Assembly (NCBI GenBank): GCA_035289385.1
Contig: DATDXI010000066.1
Location: forward strand, 1,548-65,547
DNA from: Candidatus Nanoarchaeia archaeon
GTDB lineage: Archaea > Nanobdellota > Nanobdellia > Woesearchaeales > GW2011-AR9
Direction: 5' to 3'
DNA length: 64,000 nt
Shown here piece by piece: positions 27,627 to 36,163 of this stretch (its first letter is position 1; each line of letters starts with the position of its first letter). Under the pieces are notes generated by a model that saw only the letters and a program-made list of their open reading frames with translations, ran no database searches and was not told the DNA's origin. The translations under genes were made by a program, and so were the position numbers.

Positions 27627-27917
27627 TTATAATCTCTTTAAGTGGATAGGATGGACACAGACCGTCTTTTGCTTGTCGCCATCTTTGATCTGCACTTCAT
27701 AACATTCGCCTTTCTTGCCTTTAACAACGCCAGACAAGCCATGAAACCGTGAATGGAAACGCCCTTTAGTGACTCTGGGGCTTATTTTTAAGCCAACAGT
27801 CTCTCCTGAATTGAACACCTGAAAATACTTGCTGAGAGAGAGCTTGCCTTTTTCCCGAAGGCTTAACTTGAACTTATATCGGGTTTTCCTCTGCGTCGTA
27901 CCGATTCTTTTTACCAT
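27627..27917 (-). CDS. rpl21e: Ribosomal protein L21e
   Basis: MVKRIGTTQRKTRYKFKLSLREKGKLSLSKYFQVFNSGETVGLKI...GKKGECYEVQIKDGDKQKTVCVHPIHLKRL is the canonical L21e. Confidence 0.85.
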   Translation of the reverse strand: MVKRIGTTQRKTRYKFKLSLREKGKLSLSKYFQVFNSGETVGLKISPRVTKGRFHSRFHGLSGVVKGKKGECYEVQIKDGDKQKTVCVHPIHLKRL

Positions 27918-27992
27918 ATTTACGCTTATGTTCAGCGATTGTTTATAAATCTTTTGGGGGTGTCTTTGGGTAGCTGCCTTATAGCTGTATCC

Positions 27993-28703
27993 CTAAAATT
28001 CAGCAAGGCTTTTCTGCCGTTTCTTGATGGATATTATTTCGCTTATCTTCAGAAAATCCTGTTTCATCTGCTCGAACAGCTCTGGATTTCGGCCAGAGTA
28101 TAAATACGATGCCGGATGAATGACTGGTATGACTTTACTACCATTCTGATAATCAAATACTTTTCCCCGGAGAGAGCTTATGCCTTTCTTTCCCAAGATA
28201 CGCTCGGTAGCAAAATTTCCGATGGTGACGATCACTTTTGGCTGCATGATTTTTAGTAATTGATCCAACCGCTCACGGCAGTTATTGACTTCTTCTGCTG
28301 TCGGATTGCGATTATCTTCCGGCCGGCAGAGAATAGTGTTGGTGATGAAGATGTCTTCTCGTGCCAAGTTGATGGTAGCGAGCAATTGGTCCAATATTTT
28401 TCCAGACATGCCGCAGAAGGGGATGCCTTTCTGGTCTTCTGATTTCCCTGGAGCTTCCCCTATCAGCAAGACATCTGCCTTTTCGTTGCCAACACCGAAA
28501 ACAACTTGTGTCCTTGACTTGCATAATTCTGGACAGCGCTGGCAATGAAGGTATTCTTGTTTCAATGCTGGAATAGATGGGGCGGCCATACCATGAAAAA
28601 ACAGACGGGATTTATTAAATTTGGGATGGTAAAAACAGAGGTTGATTTTAGGATGGTGAATAAGAGGAATTTCTCTGGCAAACAATTTTAAATAAACCCT
28701 CAA
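27993..28703 (-). CDS. Uracil-DNA glycosylase, family 4 (real start probably the internal Met at about 28589)
   Basis: CQRCPELCKSRTQVVFGVGNEKADVLLIGEAPG...GIPFCGMSGKILD...HPA shows the family-4 UDG motifs (GEAPG, Fe-S Cys). Confidence 0.8.
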   Translation of the reverse strand: MRVYLKLFAREIPLIHHPKINLCFYHPKFNKSRLFFHGMAAPSIPALKQEYLHCQRCPELCKSRTQVVFGVGNEKADVLLIGEAPGKSEDQKGIPFCGMSGKILDQLLATINLAREDIFITNTILCRPEDNRNPTAEEVNNCRERLDQLLKIMQPKVIVTIGNFATERILGKKGISSLRGKVFDYQNGSKVIPVIHPASYLYSGRNPELFEQMKQDFLKISEIISIKKRQKSLAEF

Positions 28704-28714
28704 ACAAGAGCATC

Positions 28715-29314
28715 ATGTGGCAAGAGATAAAAACTGGCAATGAACGAGTTATCGTTTATCAATTACAAGATTATTTTCCAGAAGGTGTATCTCGTGCAGG
28801 ATTTTCTTGTAGGATGTTTGGTTCTCGTGATGTTGATAATCAAACTCCAATTTGGATGCAAAGAAGCAATCCGGCAAAATTAGATGCCATCGTTGATCAT
28901 GAAGAAATAAAGTATAGGGTGGGAGTTGAGTTTTATCATAGAAATTTATTGGAGCGGGAAGCATTAGCTGAACAACAGAGGTTTCTTAGGCAGGGGTATG
29001 TTCTGGGAGAACGTCCTCCGGAAGATGATATATCCTTCACAGCTCGCAATCTGAGGGAGATCATTGACAACATCCAGCTGGCTCGTGATAGTTATTGGCT
29101 TCGCTTTCTGCCATGCCAGCGAACTCAAAGACGAGGTGCTAGAGAATCCAGAGCCGATCGCCCACTGGAGAATAAAGAGATAGAGCTTCTTCTTCCTTCC
29201 ATCAGAGCAATTATTAAAACTTTGGAAGGTGTTCCATTACGAGAGCCGTTTAGCTCTCCAGCGTATTATTTAGGATTAGTCACTTCTTTGATGGATAAGC
29301 ATGGGCTTGAATGA
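28715..29314 (+). CDS. Hypothetical protein
   Basis: ORF only, 199 aa. Confidence 0.35.
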   Translation: MWQEIKTGNERVIVYQLQDYFPEGVSRAGFSCRMFGSRDVDNQTPIWMQRSNPAKLDAIVDHEEIKYRVGVEFYHRNLLEREALAEQQRFLRQGYVLGERPPEDDISFTARNLREIIDNIQLARDSYWLRFLPCQRTQRRGARESRADRPLENKEIELLLPSIRAIIKTLEGVPLREPFSSPAYYLGLVTSLMDKHGLE

Positions 29315-29373
29315 AAGAAGCATCAGCTTTCAAGCATTAAATTGTCCTATACCTGATTTTTTAGGATTCTCTT

Positions 29374-30084
29374 TTATGATTTTCTTAAAGAATAATCAAC
29401 TGCGCATTGGACTATTATTTCCGTAGTATCAAATAATTTCACGTCGGTATGAGTCTGGTTGATGGCTAGTGGTATCTCTGTACAGCCCATGACGATGGCT
29501 TCCGCCCCTTGGTTCACATAATCTCTGGCAATATCTTTTAACAAAATAATATCTTCCGTTTTCTGATTCCCTCCCATAACCCGTTCAATAACATGATTTA
29601 ATATTTTTTGCTGTTCACTATTTGGTGAAATTAGTTTGAGATTAGAATCAGCAAAGCGCTTTTGATACAGCTTCAGCTTGTTGGTGCTTTCAGAGGAGAA
29701 AAGCCCCACTTTTTTATATCCATATTTCAGAACTCTTTTTTTTGTTTCCTCAATGATATTAAATATAGGAACGTTAACTGCTGACTGCATCTCTGGATAA
29801 TACGAATGAACAGTGTTACAGGCGATAATGATGAGATCAGACCCAGCTGATTCTAATTTTCTTACACCATCTATCAATTGCTTTTTAACAAGCTCTTCAT
29901 CGACTATCCCCGTTTCATCAAAACCAGCGAGAGGTAAGCTATAAATAATGATCGGTGGGTAATCCACATCTTGTACGGCACCATACTTCTGTTGGGCATA
30001 TTTTATTATTTTTGCATACAGATTAGATGACGCAACAGGGCCCATGCCACCTAATACTCCTATTGTTTTCTTTTTAGTAGCCAT
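29374..30084 (-). CDS. Aspartate/glutamate racemase family protein (likely aspartate racemase)
   Basis: IGVLGGMGPVASSNLY ... IACNTVH ... GCTEIPLA: the two catalytic-Cys regions of Asp/Glu racemases. Confidence 0.75.
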   Translation of the reverse strand: MATKKKTIGVLGGMGPVASSNLYAKIIKYAQQKYGAVQDVDYPPIIIYSLPLAGFDETGIVDEELVKKQLIDGVRKLESAGSDLIIIACNTVHSYYPEMQSAVNVPIFNIIEETKKRVLKYGYKKVGLFSSESTNKLKLYQKRFADSNLKLISPNSEQQKILNHVIERVMGGNQKTEDIILLKDIARDYVNQGAEAIVMGCTEIPLAINQTHTDVKLFDTTEIIVQCAVDYSLRKS

Positions 30085-30157
30085 ATTTCTGCTATATTGT
30101 AAAGAAATTTATAAATTATCTTCTCTTAAATAAGCAAGTTAGAATATACTTTATATC

Positions 30158-31060
30158 CTACACCTTCTTAAAAGTATAACACGTTTTCTTTTCTAAGTTC
30201 CACAGCTGTTTCCAGCCGGTATCACCAACTAAGAAATCGATCTCTTTAACTCCCAGAGAAAGCGCTTTCTTGATCATCTCTGCTACAAGAACTTTACCGA
30301 GATTTTTATGAGCAAGATTATAGCCGCTATTCATGACGTAACAGACGTTCTTGTAGACAGCAGAAAAGATAACACCTTCAACCATCCCATCGATCTCTAT
30401 ATTTAGTGTCACCAGCATCTTCTTCTGATGAAGATATTTAGCAAGATTACTTACTCGCTCCCGGAAAACAGGGTCGTGGTAATCTGACTCTGTGCCGAAA
30501 CGCTCAACATTGAAGTCAAACAGCTTTTCCAGATGGTCGAGCGGTGAAAAAGAGATCTGATACTTCAGGTCCAGCATCTTTTTTAAGTCATATAATAAGT
30601 TCTTCCTATGTTTCTTGGAAAAGCCCTGCAGGTGCTGGTGGAAGTCTGTTGTCAAAAGAACGTATCGAAAATCCTGTTCAGGAAAATATTTTTTAGCTTC
30701 CGGATACATCATCAGCACTTTCTCGACAGTATCGCCGTTGAGGTCATAGAGCATCGTTCCCTGTGGAATCTTTTCAAGGAATAATGGAAATTCTTCTAAA
30801 GGGAACCAGAAGGAAAAATTTTCTACAAAGGTGCTGCCAAAAAAAGTATATCTTTTTTCATGAGGCTCATAGCTTAACGGCAGGAAGCCATTGCTGCTGT
30901 AGATAAAATAAGGCTGCGCATCTTTCTCTTGAAGGAGCAGGGCAACATCCCATAGTTCCCAAAGTTTTCCCCCTGGAGAATATTTTTTCCACAGCTTTTT
31001 TCCCAGAGCTAAGCTTTTGCTTACTTTTATCGTGTCTGCTGTTTTGGCAACCATCTTCAC
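30158..31060 (-). CDS. FemAB-like / BioF2-like GNAT-fold (Acetyltransf_6) protein
   Basis: C-terminal region LGVKEIDFLVGDTGWKQLWNLEKKTCY fits the BioF2-like acetyltransferase (FemAB-related) family end motif (G..YK..W). Confidence 0.5.
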   Translation of the reverse strand: MKMVAKTADTIKVSKSLALGKKLWKKYSPGGKLWELWDVALLLQEKDAQPYFIYSSNGFLPLSYEPHEKRYTFFGSTFVENFSFWFPLEEFPLFLEKIPQGTMLYDLNGDTVEKVLMMYPEAKKYFPEQDFRYVLLTTDFHQHLQGFSKKHRKNLLYDLKKMLDLKYQISFSPLDHLEKLFDFNVERFGTESDYHDPVFRERVSNLAKYLHQKKMLVTLNIEIDGMVEGVIFSAVYKNVCYVMNSGYNLAHKNLGKVLVAEMIKKALSLGVKEIDFLVGDTGWKQLWNLEKKTCYTFKKV

Positions 31061-31113
31061 CTATTGATCATCCGCTTAGAATTATCTTCGAGAATCACAC
31101 TTCTATTCCTTTT

Positions 31114-32469
31114 TCAATTCTCTCGTAGAAATCCCCACGTATGAAGCTTATCGCTGTCTTCAACCCAGCGCTCACCTATGTCATCCCTATAATACATGTG
31201 GGGGATATTGATGAGCTTGATGCGGTTATAGGCCTGCTGCCGAGCTTGAGCCATGGATTGACCACAGCCACAGACGACTAAGGCTACACCGGTGTTTCCC
31301 GTGATGATCCATTCGCCGTTCTGCAGCTTGATATCTTCAAAGTGCACTCCTTCAACCGGCTTTTTGAAATAGACGATAGAATCTTTAGACTTTACTTCAA
31401 ATGTTTCCGGGTCGTTGAAGGGGTAGGGTGGAACAACAATCCTTATTCCTACCTGAAACCCTGCTTTGACTTTCAGCTGAGGTTTTTTTCCTTGCGCTAA
31501 TTCCCATAAGAAATCTCCCATAGGCGTGATCATCCCTTCCTGCTGGATAAATACACAGGGGTAGCCGAACCTGCTCGTAAATTCTAAGGGGTAGATGCCT
31601 TTGCTGTTGACGATGCAGTTTAAGTCAATATAACCACAGTAGCCTTCCGTCGCTAGTGTCGCTTCCATCTTTTTTAGCGTCTGGTTGAATAACCTGTTGG
31701 GCTCTGACCAAAACATCGATGTTCCCATCTCTCCGGTAGAAGGCCCTAAATTTCCGGGAAGAAGTTTTTTGTGCTCAAAGTTGATGTTGATAGGGGAAAT
31801 GAACTCTTTTCCGTTAAAGAAAACTCCTACGGCTATTTCGACACCAGAAATCTTTTTCTGCAGCTGGAACTCGGGAATCTTTTTTGACCAGGCTTTGCGG
31901 TAATCGTTCATGACTTGGATGACATCACGGCCATCCTCCTCTTCGCCAATGAATAACAAGCCTTTCAAGTTTGCTGCTTCACCACATGGCTTTAAGACGT
32001 ATTTTCCAGGATGCTCCTGCACAAAAGCAATGGCTTCTTCAAAATTGTCAAATGTTTTTGAGGGCAAGATGGGTATGCCATGGCGTTTCAATTCCTGCTG
32101 GCCAAAGTCTCGGTCATCTTCCAGCCGATCAGTATATGGAGACCCTCCCACGACTAATTTTCCGGCCTTCCTCAGCTTTTCAGCTTTTTCTCCCATCCCT
32201 AAAGTATCATCAAAGACAATGACATCAGCCCAGTCTACTTCTGCTTCCCAGTCATCGATGATATCTAAGAAGCCTTGTCCAACTTCCTTCCTTTCCGGGC
32301 TTTTGATGTAGAACTTTACTTCATGGCCTTCTAATTTTATCCGCCAGGCCGTATCAGGGATAAGGCTGTCATAGGTGACAAAAAGAAATTTTTTAGGGTC
32401 TTTGGTGGTTTCGTGGTGGATATCTTCTATCACCACTTTTGCCTTTCCGTTTGTTTGCGATTCAACCAT
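31114..32469 (-). CDS. PurD-like ATP-grasp ligase (phosphoribosylamine-glycine ligase homolog, divergent)
   Basis: Three-domain PurD layout with LGPSTGEMGTSMF (compare the PurD signature GPNTGGMGAY) and C-terminal YYRDDIG (PurD YRxDIG). Confidence 0.6.
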   Translation of the reverse strand: MVESQTNGKAKVVIEDIHHETTKDPKKFLFVTYDSLIPDTAWRIKLEGHEVKFYIKSPERKEVGQGFLDIIDDWEAEVDWADVIVFDDTLGMGEKAEKLRKAGKLVVGGSPYTDRLEDDRDFGQQELKRHGIPILPSKTFDNFEEAIAFVQEHPGKYVLKPCGEAANLKGLLFIGEEEDGRDVIQVMNDYRKAWSKKIPEFQLQKKISGVEIAVGVFFNGKEFISPININFEHKKLLPGNLGPSTGEMGTSMFWSEPNRLFNQTLKKMEATLATEGYCGYIDLNCIVNSKGIYPLEFTSRFGYPCVFIQQEGMITPMGDFLWELAQGKKPQLKVKAGFQVGIRIVVPPYPFNDPETFEVKSKDSIVYFKKPVEGVHFEDIKLQNGEWIITGNTGVALVVCGCGQSMAQARQQAYNRIKLINIPHMYYRDDIGERWVEDSDKLHTWGFLREN

Positions 32470-32563
32470 TCGATCGTTCAGTGTTGGAGTAAAGAGCTAC
32501 CATTTAAACTTTTCTAGTTCTGGAGGCGTAGTTACTTTTAGCCTTTTGAAAAATTTTCGTTGT

Positions 32564-32785
32564 TTATCTCCCTCGGCTGGTCATCTCGACGTACTTACAC
32601 TTGCCGCAGACAAACCTGTTGCTATGGTTTGCTAAGAACATTCCTGGCCCGCATTTTGGGCACGTCCTGTTTTTCCGCTGGATAGATTCCCCGGAAATAG
32701 AATATAACTGATGCAATTGCTTACTTGGTTTTTTAGATGGTGCTGCCCCCTTTTTTCCTTTATCATCTTTTTTAACTGCTGCCAT
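32564..32785 (-). CDS. rps27ae: Ribosomal protein S27ae (ubiquitin-less, C4 zinc ribbon)
   Basis: Lys-rich N-terminus then CPKCGPGMFLANHSNRFVCGKCKY. Confidence 0.8.
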   Translation of the reverse strand: MAAVKKDDKGKKGAAPSKKPSKQLHQLYSISGESIQRKNRTCPKCGPGMFLANHSNRFVCGKCKYVEMTSRGR

Positions 32786-32807
32786 TGTTTACTGATTCCT
32801 CCTTCTC

Positions 32808-33134
32808 TTAGCTGGAAGATGCTGCCGCTTTTTCCTCAGCTGCTTTCTTTGCCGCTTCTTCAGCTTGCTTGCGGATATGTTTTGTCGATACTTCTCCTTT
32901 CTTTCTAGCTTCTGGAGAATGATACGTATAGGCTAAAAAGGAAGCCCTTTGCTCGCTGAAATGGGTAGCGATCGTCTTGATCGCCACGACGGATGGATCA
33001 ACTTTCAGCTCTTTTGCCAATAAAGAAACAACATCATTGTTGGTGGGAGTCGACCCGTCGAATTCTAATGATCCTTCTACCTTTCTGCGGTCTAATAACG
33101 GATTTTCAACCTTGCTGGTAATCGTTAATTTCAT
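32808..33134 (-). CDS. rps24e: Ribosomal protein S24e
   Basis: MKLTITSKVENPLLDRRKVEGSLEFDGSTP...FLAYTYHSPEARKK is the canonical S24e. Confidence 0.85.
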   Translation of the reverse strand: MKLTITSKVENPLLDRRKVEGSLEFDGSTPTNNDVVSLLAKELKVDPSVVAIKTIATHFSEQRASFLAYTYHSPEARKKGEVSTKHIRKQAEEAAKKAAEEKAAASSS

Positions 33135-33168
33135 AGTGGTATAACCTCATTTTGCCTTTTGGAAGGCA

Positions 33169-33357
33169 CTATCTTACTTTTATGGCGTATTCCCCTTTCG
33201 TTTTAAGATTTACTTTTTCTGCAATCAGAGAATGTTGAGCATCATGGATGAATATTCTTCCCTGCCAGCTGGTGGAGAAGCTGTCGCTGCCACAGGAGGG
33301 GCAGGCTGGTCCTTCAACGAGCATCTTACAGCGTTTGCATGATTTTTTTTTAGCCAT
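33169..33357 (-). CDS. spt4: Transcription elongation factor Spt4 / RNA polymerase subunit E''
   Basis: Zn ribbon CKRCKMLVEGPACPSCGS followed by the Spt4 NGN-binding tail. Confidence 0.8.
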   Translation of the reverse strand: MAKKKSCKRCKMLVEGPACPSCGSDSFSTSWQGRIFIHDAQHSLIAEKVNLKTKGEYAIKVR

Positions 33358-33376
33358 AGTAAATATTAATTATAAC

Positions 33377-33943
33377 CTATTCTGTTTTTTCCTCTTTCTT
33401 GCTTTCTTTTGGCTGCTGCTCTTCAAGCCATTCTAATTTTCCTAAGCCTTCCTGTCTCATCGTCAACCCGATACGAGGGTTATTCATATCTTTATAAGAT
33501 ACTGCGATGATCCTAGCTTTGCATTTGTCTCCTACTTTTATGCTTTGATTAGATTTTTTTCCTTGCAGCACTTTTTCTTTACTAAAGGAAACGAAATCAT
33601 CCATGCTCTGAGAGATATGAACCATCCCTTCGGTTCCGCCGATATCCATAAATGCTCCGAAATCAGTGATATCCTTGATCTTGCCGTACACTAATTCGTT
33701 GAGTTCCGGCTTGAAGGTCAATAGTTCAAATTCCGTCTCATAGAATCCTGCTCCATCCCCTGGCACGATGACTCCTTCTTTGACATCACCTACGTCAATA
33801 ACATTTACGACAAAACCCAGCTCTTTTGAGATGTACTGGTCGTAGGTAGACTTGATATTAGCGAGAACAGCTTCCTTTTTTGTCAGGTTGAACATATTAG
33901 GGGGTACACGGATAAAATCCTTGACTTTGACCTTGTAGAACAT
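33377..33943 (-). CDS. rpoE: DNA-directed RNA polymerase subunit E' (Rpo7) with S1 domain
   Basis: MFYKVKVKDFIRVPP...GFYETEFELLTFKPELNELVYGKIKDITDFGAFMDIG...GMVHISQ is the Rpb7/E' fold plus an S1 domain. Confidence 0.85.
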   Translation of the reverse strand: MFYKVKVKDFIRVPPNMFNLTKKEAVLANIKSTYDQYISKELGFVVNVIDVGDVKEGVIVPGDGAGFYETEFELLTFKPELNELVYGKIKDITDFGAFMDIGGTEGMVHISQSMDDFVSFSKEKVLQGKKSNQSIKVGDKCKARIIAVSYKDMNNPRIGLTMRQEGLGKLEWLEEQQPKESKKEEKTE

Positions 33944-33989
33944 TTTAAGCTTAATTTAAGCAGGGTATTTATAAATATTGCGGTTTGGA

Positions 33990-34173
33990 GTACGTATTTA
34001 GTTCAATAAAGAAAATAGTGGCAGGTCGGAAAATCTAGCCTGACTTTCTTGATAAGCAATGATTGAGCTTTGATTTTAAGCTAAAAGTCAGGCAACTAAA
34101 CAGGTCTTACGAAGCTCTCAATATATTTTCCCTCTTGACCTTGCCACTATTTTTAACCGAACTAAATACGTAC
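33990..34173. mobile_element. MITE-like element copy A (184 bp) with 15-bp TIR GTACGTATTTAGTTC and candidate 8-bp TSD GGTTTGGA
   Basis: The left end is GTACGTATTTAGTTCAATAAAGAAAATAGTGGCAGGTC. The right end is GACCTTGCCACTATTTTTAACCGAACTAAATACGTAC, which is its reverse complement apart from a few mismatches. The flanking GGTTTGGA occurs at 33982-33989 and 34174-34181. The interior contains the inverted repeat AGCCTGACTTT/AAAGTCAGGC. Confidence 0.6.
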
Positions 34174-34230
34174 GGTTTGGATCGCTGGGTTTCCCTTAAG
34201 CTATGGTCTTAGGAGTTATACTTGCCCGAT

Positions 34231-34752
34231 TTAACTGCTTCTTATCCCTCCCAGAATGATGCTCCTTACTATTCTCCACAGATAGTCTTGGTCTGTTTTG
34301 AGGGGATCAACATCCCAAGAGTTGAGATATTCTTCGAGATGTCTGATATGGCTTTCAAAGTTAGGGGTGGTATGGTGGGCATACTGTACTCCCATCAGCC
34401 CAGGCTTTTGCTGAAGCGCTCTTTCCATGATTGCAGGTGGGTATCTCAACCATTCTTTTTCAGTCTGTGGACGAATCCCCACCGGTTTAATATCTCCTCT
34501 TGCTAAATTATAGAATTGTGGGAGTTCATCGATCCAGTATCTCCTAAGAAATTTACCCATGGGTGTTATTCTTGGATCTGATAATGGATGCCCATGGGAA
34601 TCAAAACCATCAACTAATTCGACAAGCCTTTGGTCAGCATCTCTGTCCATCGTTCTAAATTTATAGATATCAATAGGTCTTCCATCTTCTCCTAAACATT
34701 TCTTTACATATATGATGTCCCCAACCATCGTATCGCCGTTCAGTTTCCGCAA
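34231..34752 (-). CDS. Bacterial sugar transferase (Bac_transf / polyprenyl-phosphate hexose-1-phosphate transferase) catalytic domain, no TM segment
   Basis: IDIYKFRTMDRDADQ and KFLRRYWIDELPQFYNLARGDIKPVGIRP match the Bac_transf signature (YKFRSM...LR.s.lDELPQl.NVl.G.MSlVGPRP). Confidence 0.6.
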   Translation of the reverse strand: MRKLNGDTMVGDIIYVKKCLGEDGRPIDIYKFRTMDRDADQRLVELVDGFDSHGHPLSDPRITPMGKFLRRYWIDELPQFYNLARGDIKPVGIRPQTEKEWLRYPPAIMERALQQKPGLMGVQYAHHTTPNFESHIRHLEEYLNSWDVDPLKTDQDYLWRIVRSIILGGIRSS

Positions 34753-34784
34753 TCTTTATAATTCATTCCCTTCTTGCCAAAAAA

Positions 34785-35120
34785 ATGAAGCATCTTCCAG
34801 AGAAATTGGCGCTGGCAACCCTCCTTTTAGATGATGATGTGGATAATTTGCCAGCTGCCCGGAGAAACTTTCGAAGATATGGTGTTTCTATCTCTCCTGA
34901 GGAGATGGGATCGATCTGCCAGGTGGCTGCTCCTTTGTTCTTTCAGATGAAAGGTCAGGATGACCCTCTTTCTACCAATTATCAGCTGATCTTTTTGGAT
35001 ATGGCCAGATCATACTTGCAGAGGGATATCTATCTTTTTCATACTGCCTGTGAGCACTATCTTGCTGCATTCTTTGAAGAAGCTTCTGGAGAGCAGCAAG
35101 AAACAATCCACTACCACTGA
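34785..35120 (+). CDS. Hypothetical protein
   Basis: ORF only, 111 aa. Weak. Confidence 0.25.
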   Translation: MKHLPEKLALATLLLDDDVDNLPAARRNFRRYGVSISPEEMGSICQVAAPLFFQMKGQDDPLSTNYQLIFLDMARSYLQRDIYLFHTACEHYLAAFFEEASGEQQETIHYH

Positions 35121-35172
35121 GAATTTATTGTTCTTTCGTCTATTCTTCTGTCGACTTCACTACAACTAAAAT

Positions 35173-36132
35173 TCATTCTGCTGTTGCTCTGCTTTTCAGC
35201 CGAATCTTATTCGTATTCCCGTAAGGAACTTTTTCGATGATGCCTTTAGCTTCCAGATTCCTCAATTTTCGGGATAATTTTACTTTGGAAATGCCTGTAT
35301 GCAGAACTAACTGTTTCTGCCAAAGTTCTCCTTTCTGCAAGAGGACTTCAACAATCGCTTTCTCTTCTTCAAATAGATTTCTGGTGACGTCAGAAACATT
35401 TGGAGCGTCTTTTTTCTGGTGGCGATATTCTTTTTTATCTTCATCCTCTTTATCTTTTGTATTGTCTTTATCGTCCGCTTTTCTTTTTTTTCGTTTACCA
35501 GTAAGATAAAAAATTCCCAGAATGATGATACCCACAGCCATCATTATTCCGATCGTTTTCCAATACTCGCCGATCTCTCTTGGCGTGTTGTAAATGACTA
35601 ACAATGCCTCGCCAGCAGATACGTTCTGCCACTCTATCGACAATGATTTTCCGTCCGTGGTTATTTCTCCATGAGGAATGACCGAGCGCTGGGGAGAATT
35701 TGTACTGTATTTCAATGTTGCAGATTCAGGAAGGTGAGCAGTGATGGTATTCTCTCGCGTATTGACGTTATAATTTACGATGAAAAAAGAATCTTTTGTT
35801 TTCTCTACATATGCCTTGGTGATATATTTTATGCTGACAGTATTAAATAATGGCCCGGAGATGATGACGTTCTTATATAGATTGAGGTCAATCACTTGGA
35901 ATTCTAAACCATTTACTTCGATGGCAGTGGCATCACTTGGTAGAACTAATGTTAATTCAGAGGTGAAATAGCCTAAGTCATACTTTTCCTCAACGATGAC
36001 TTTATCTGCAACGATAGTATATTCAGCGCTGTAGCTTTCTGCATCAAGGCTGAGAACACTTGGTGATAATATAATCAGCAGGATGATAACGAGAGGCAGC
36101 CTTCTATCCATGATTCTTCTTAAGAGTGACAA
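35173..36132 (-). CDS. Membrane-anchored transcriptional regulator: extracytoplasmic domain, one TM helix, cytoplasmic winged-helix (MarR/TrmB-like) domain
   Basis: Signal/TM at the N-terminus, TM helix IGIMMAVGIIILGIFYLTG, a K/D/E-rich linker, then LFEEEKAIVEVLLQKGELWQKQLVLHTGISKVKLSRKLRNLEAKGIIEKV (wHTH). Confidence 0.5.
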   Translation of the reverse strand: MSLLRRIMDRRLPLVIILLIILSPSVLSLDAESYSAEYTIVADKVIVEEKYDLGYFTSELTLVLPSDATAIEVNGLEFQVIDLNLYKNVIISGPLFNTVSIKYITKAYVEKTKDSFFIVNYNVNTRENTITAHLPESATLKYSTNSPQRSVIPHGEITTDGKSLSIEWQNVSAGEALLVIYNTPREIGEYWKTIGIMMAVGIIILGIFYLTGKRKKRKADDKDNTKDKEDEDKKEYRHQKKDAPNVSDVTRNLFEEEKAIVEVLLQKGELWQKQLVLHTGISKVKLSRKLRNLEAKGIIEKVPYGNTNKIRLKSRATAE

Positions 36133-36163
36133 ACTATATTAACTTTTTGGCGGTATTTTTCAT

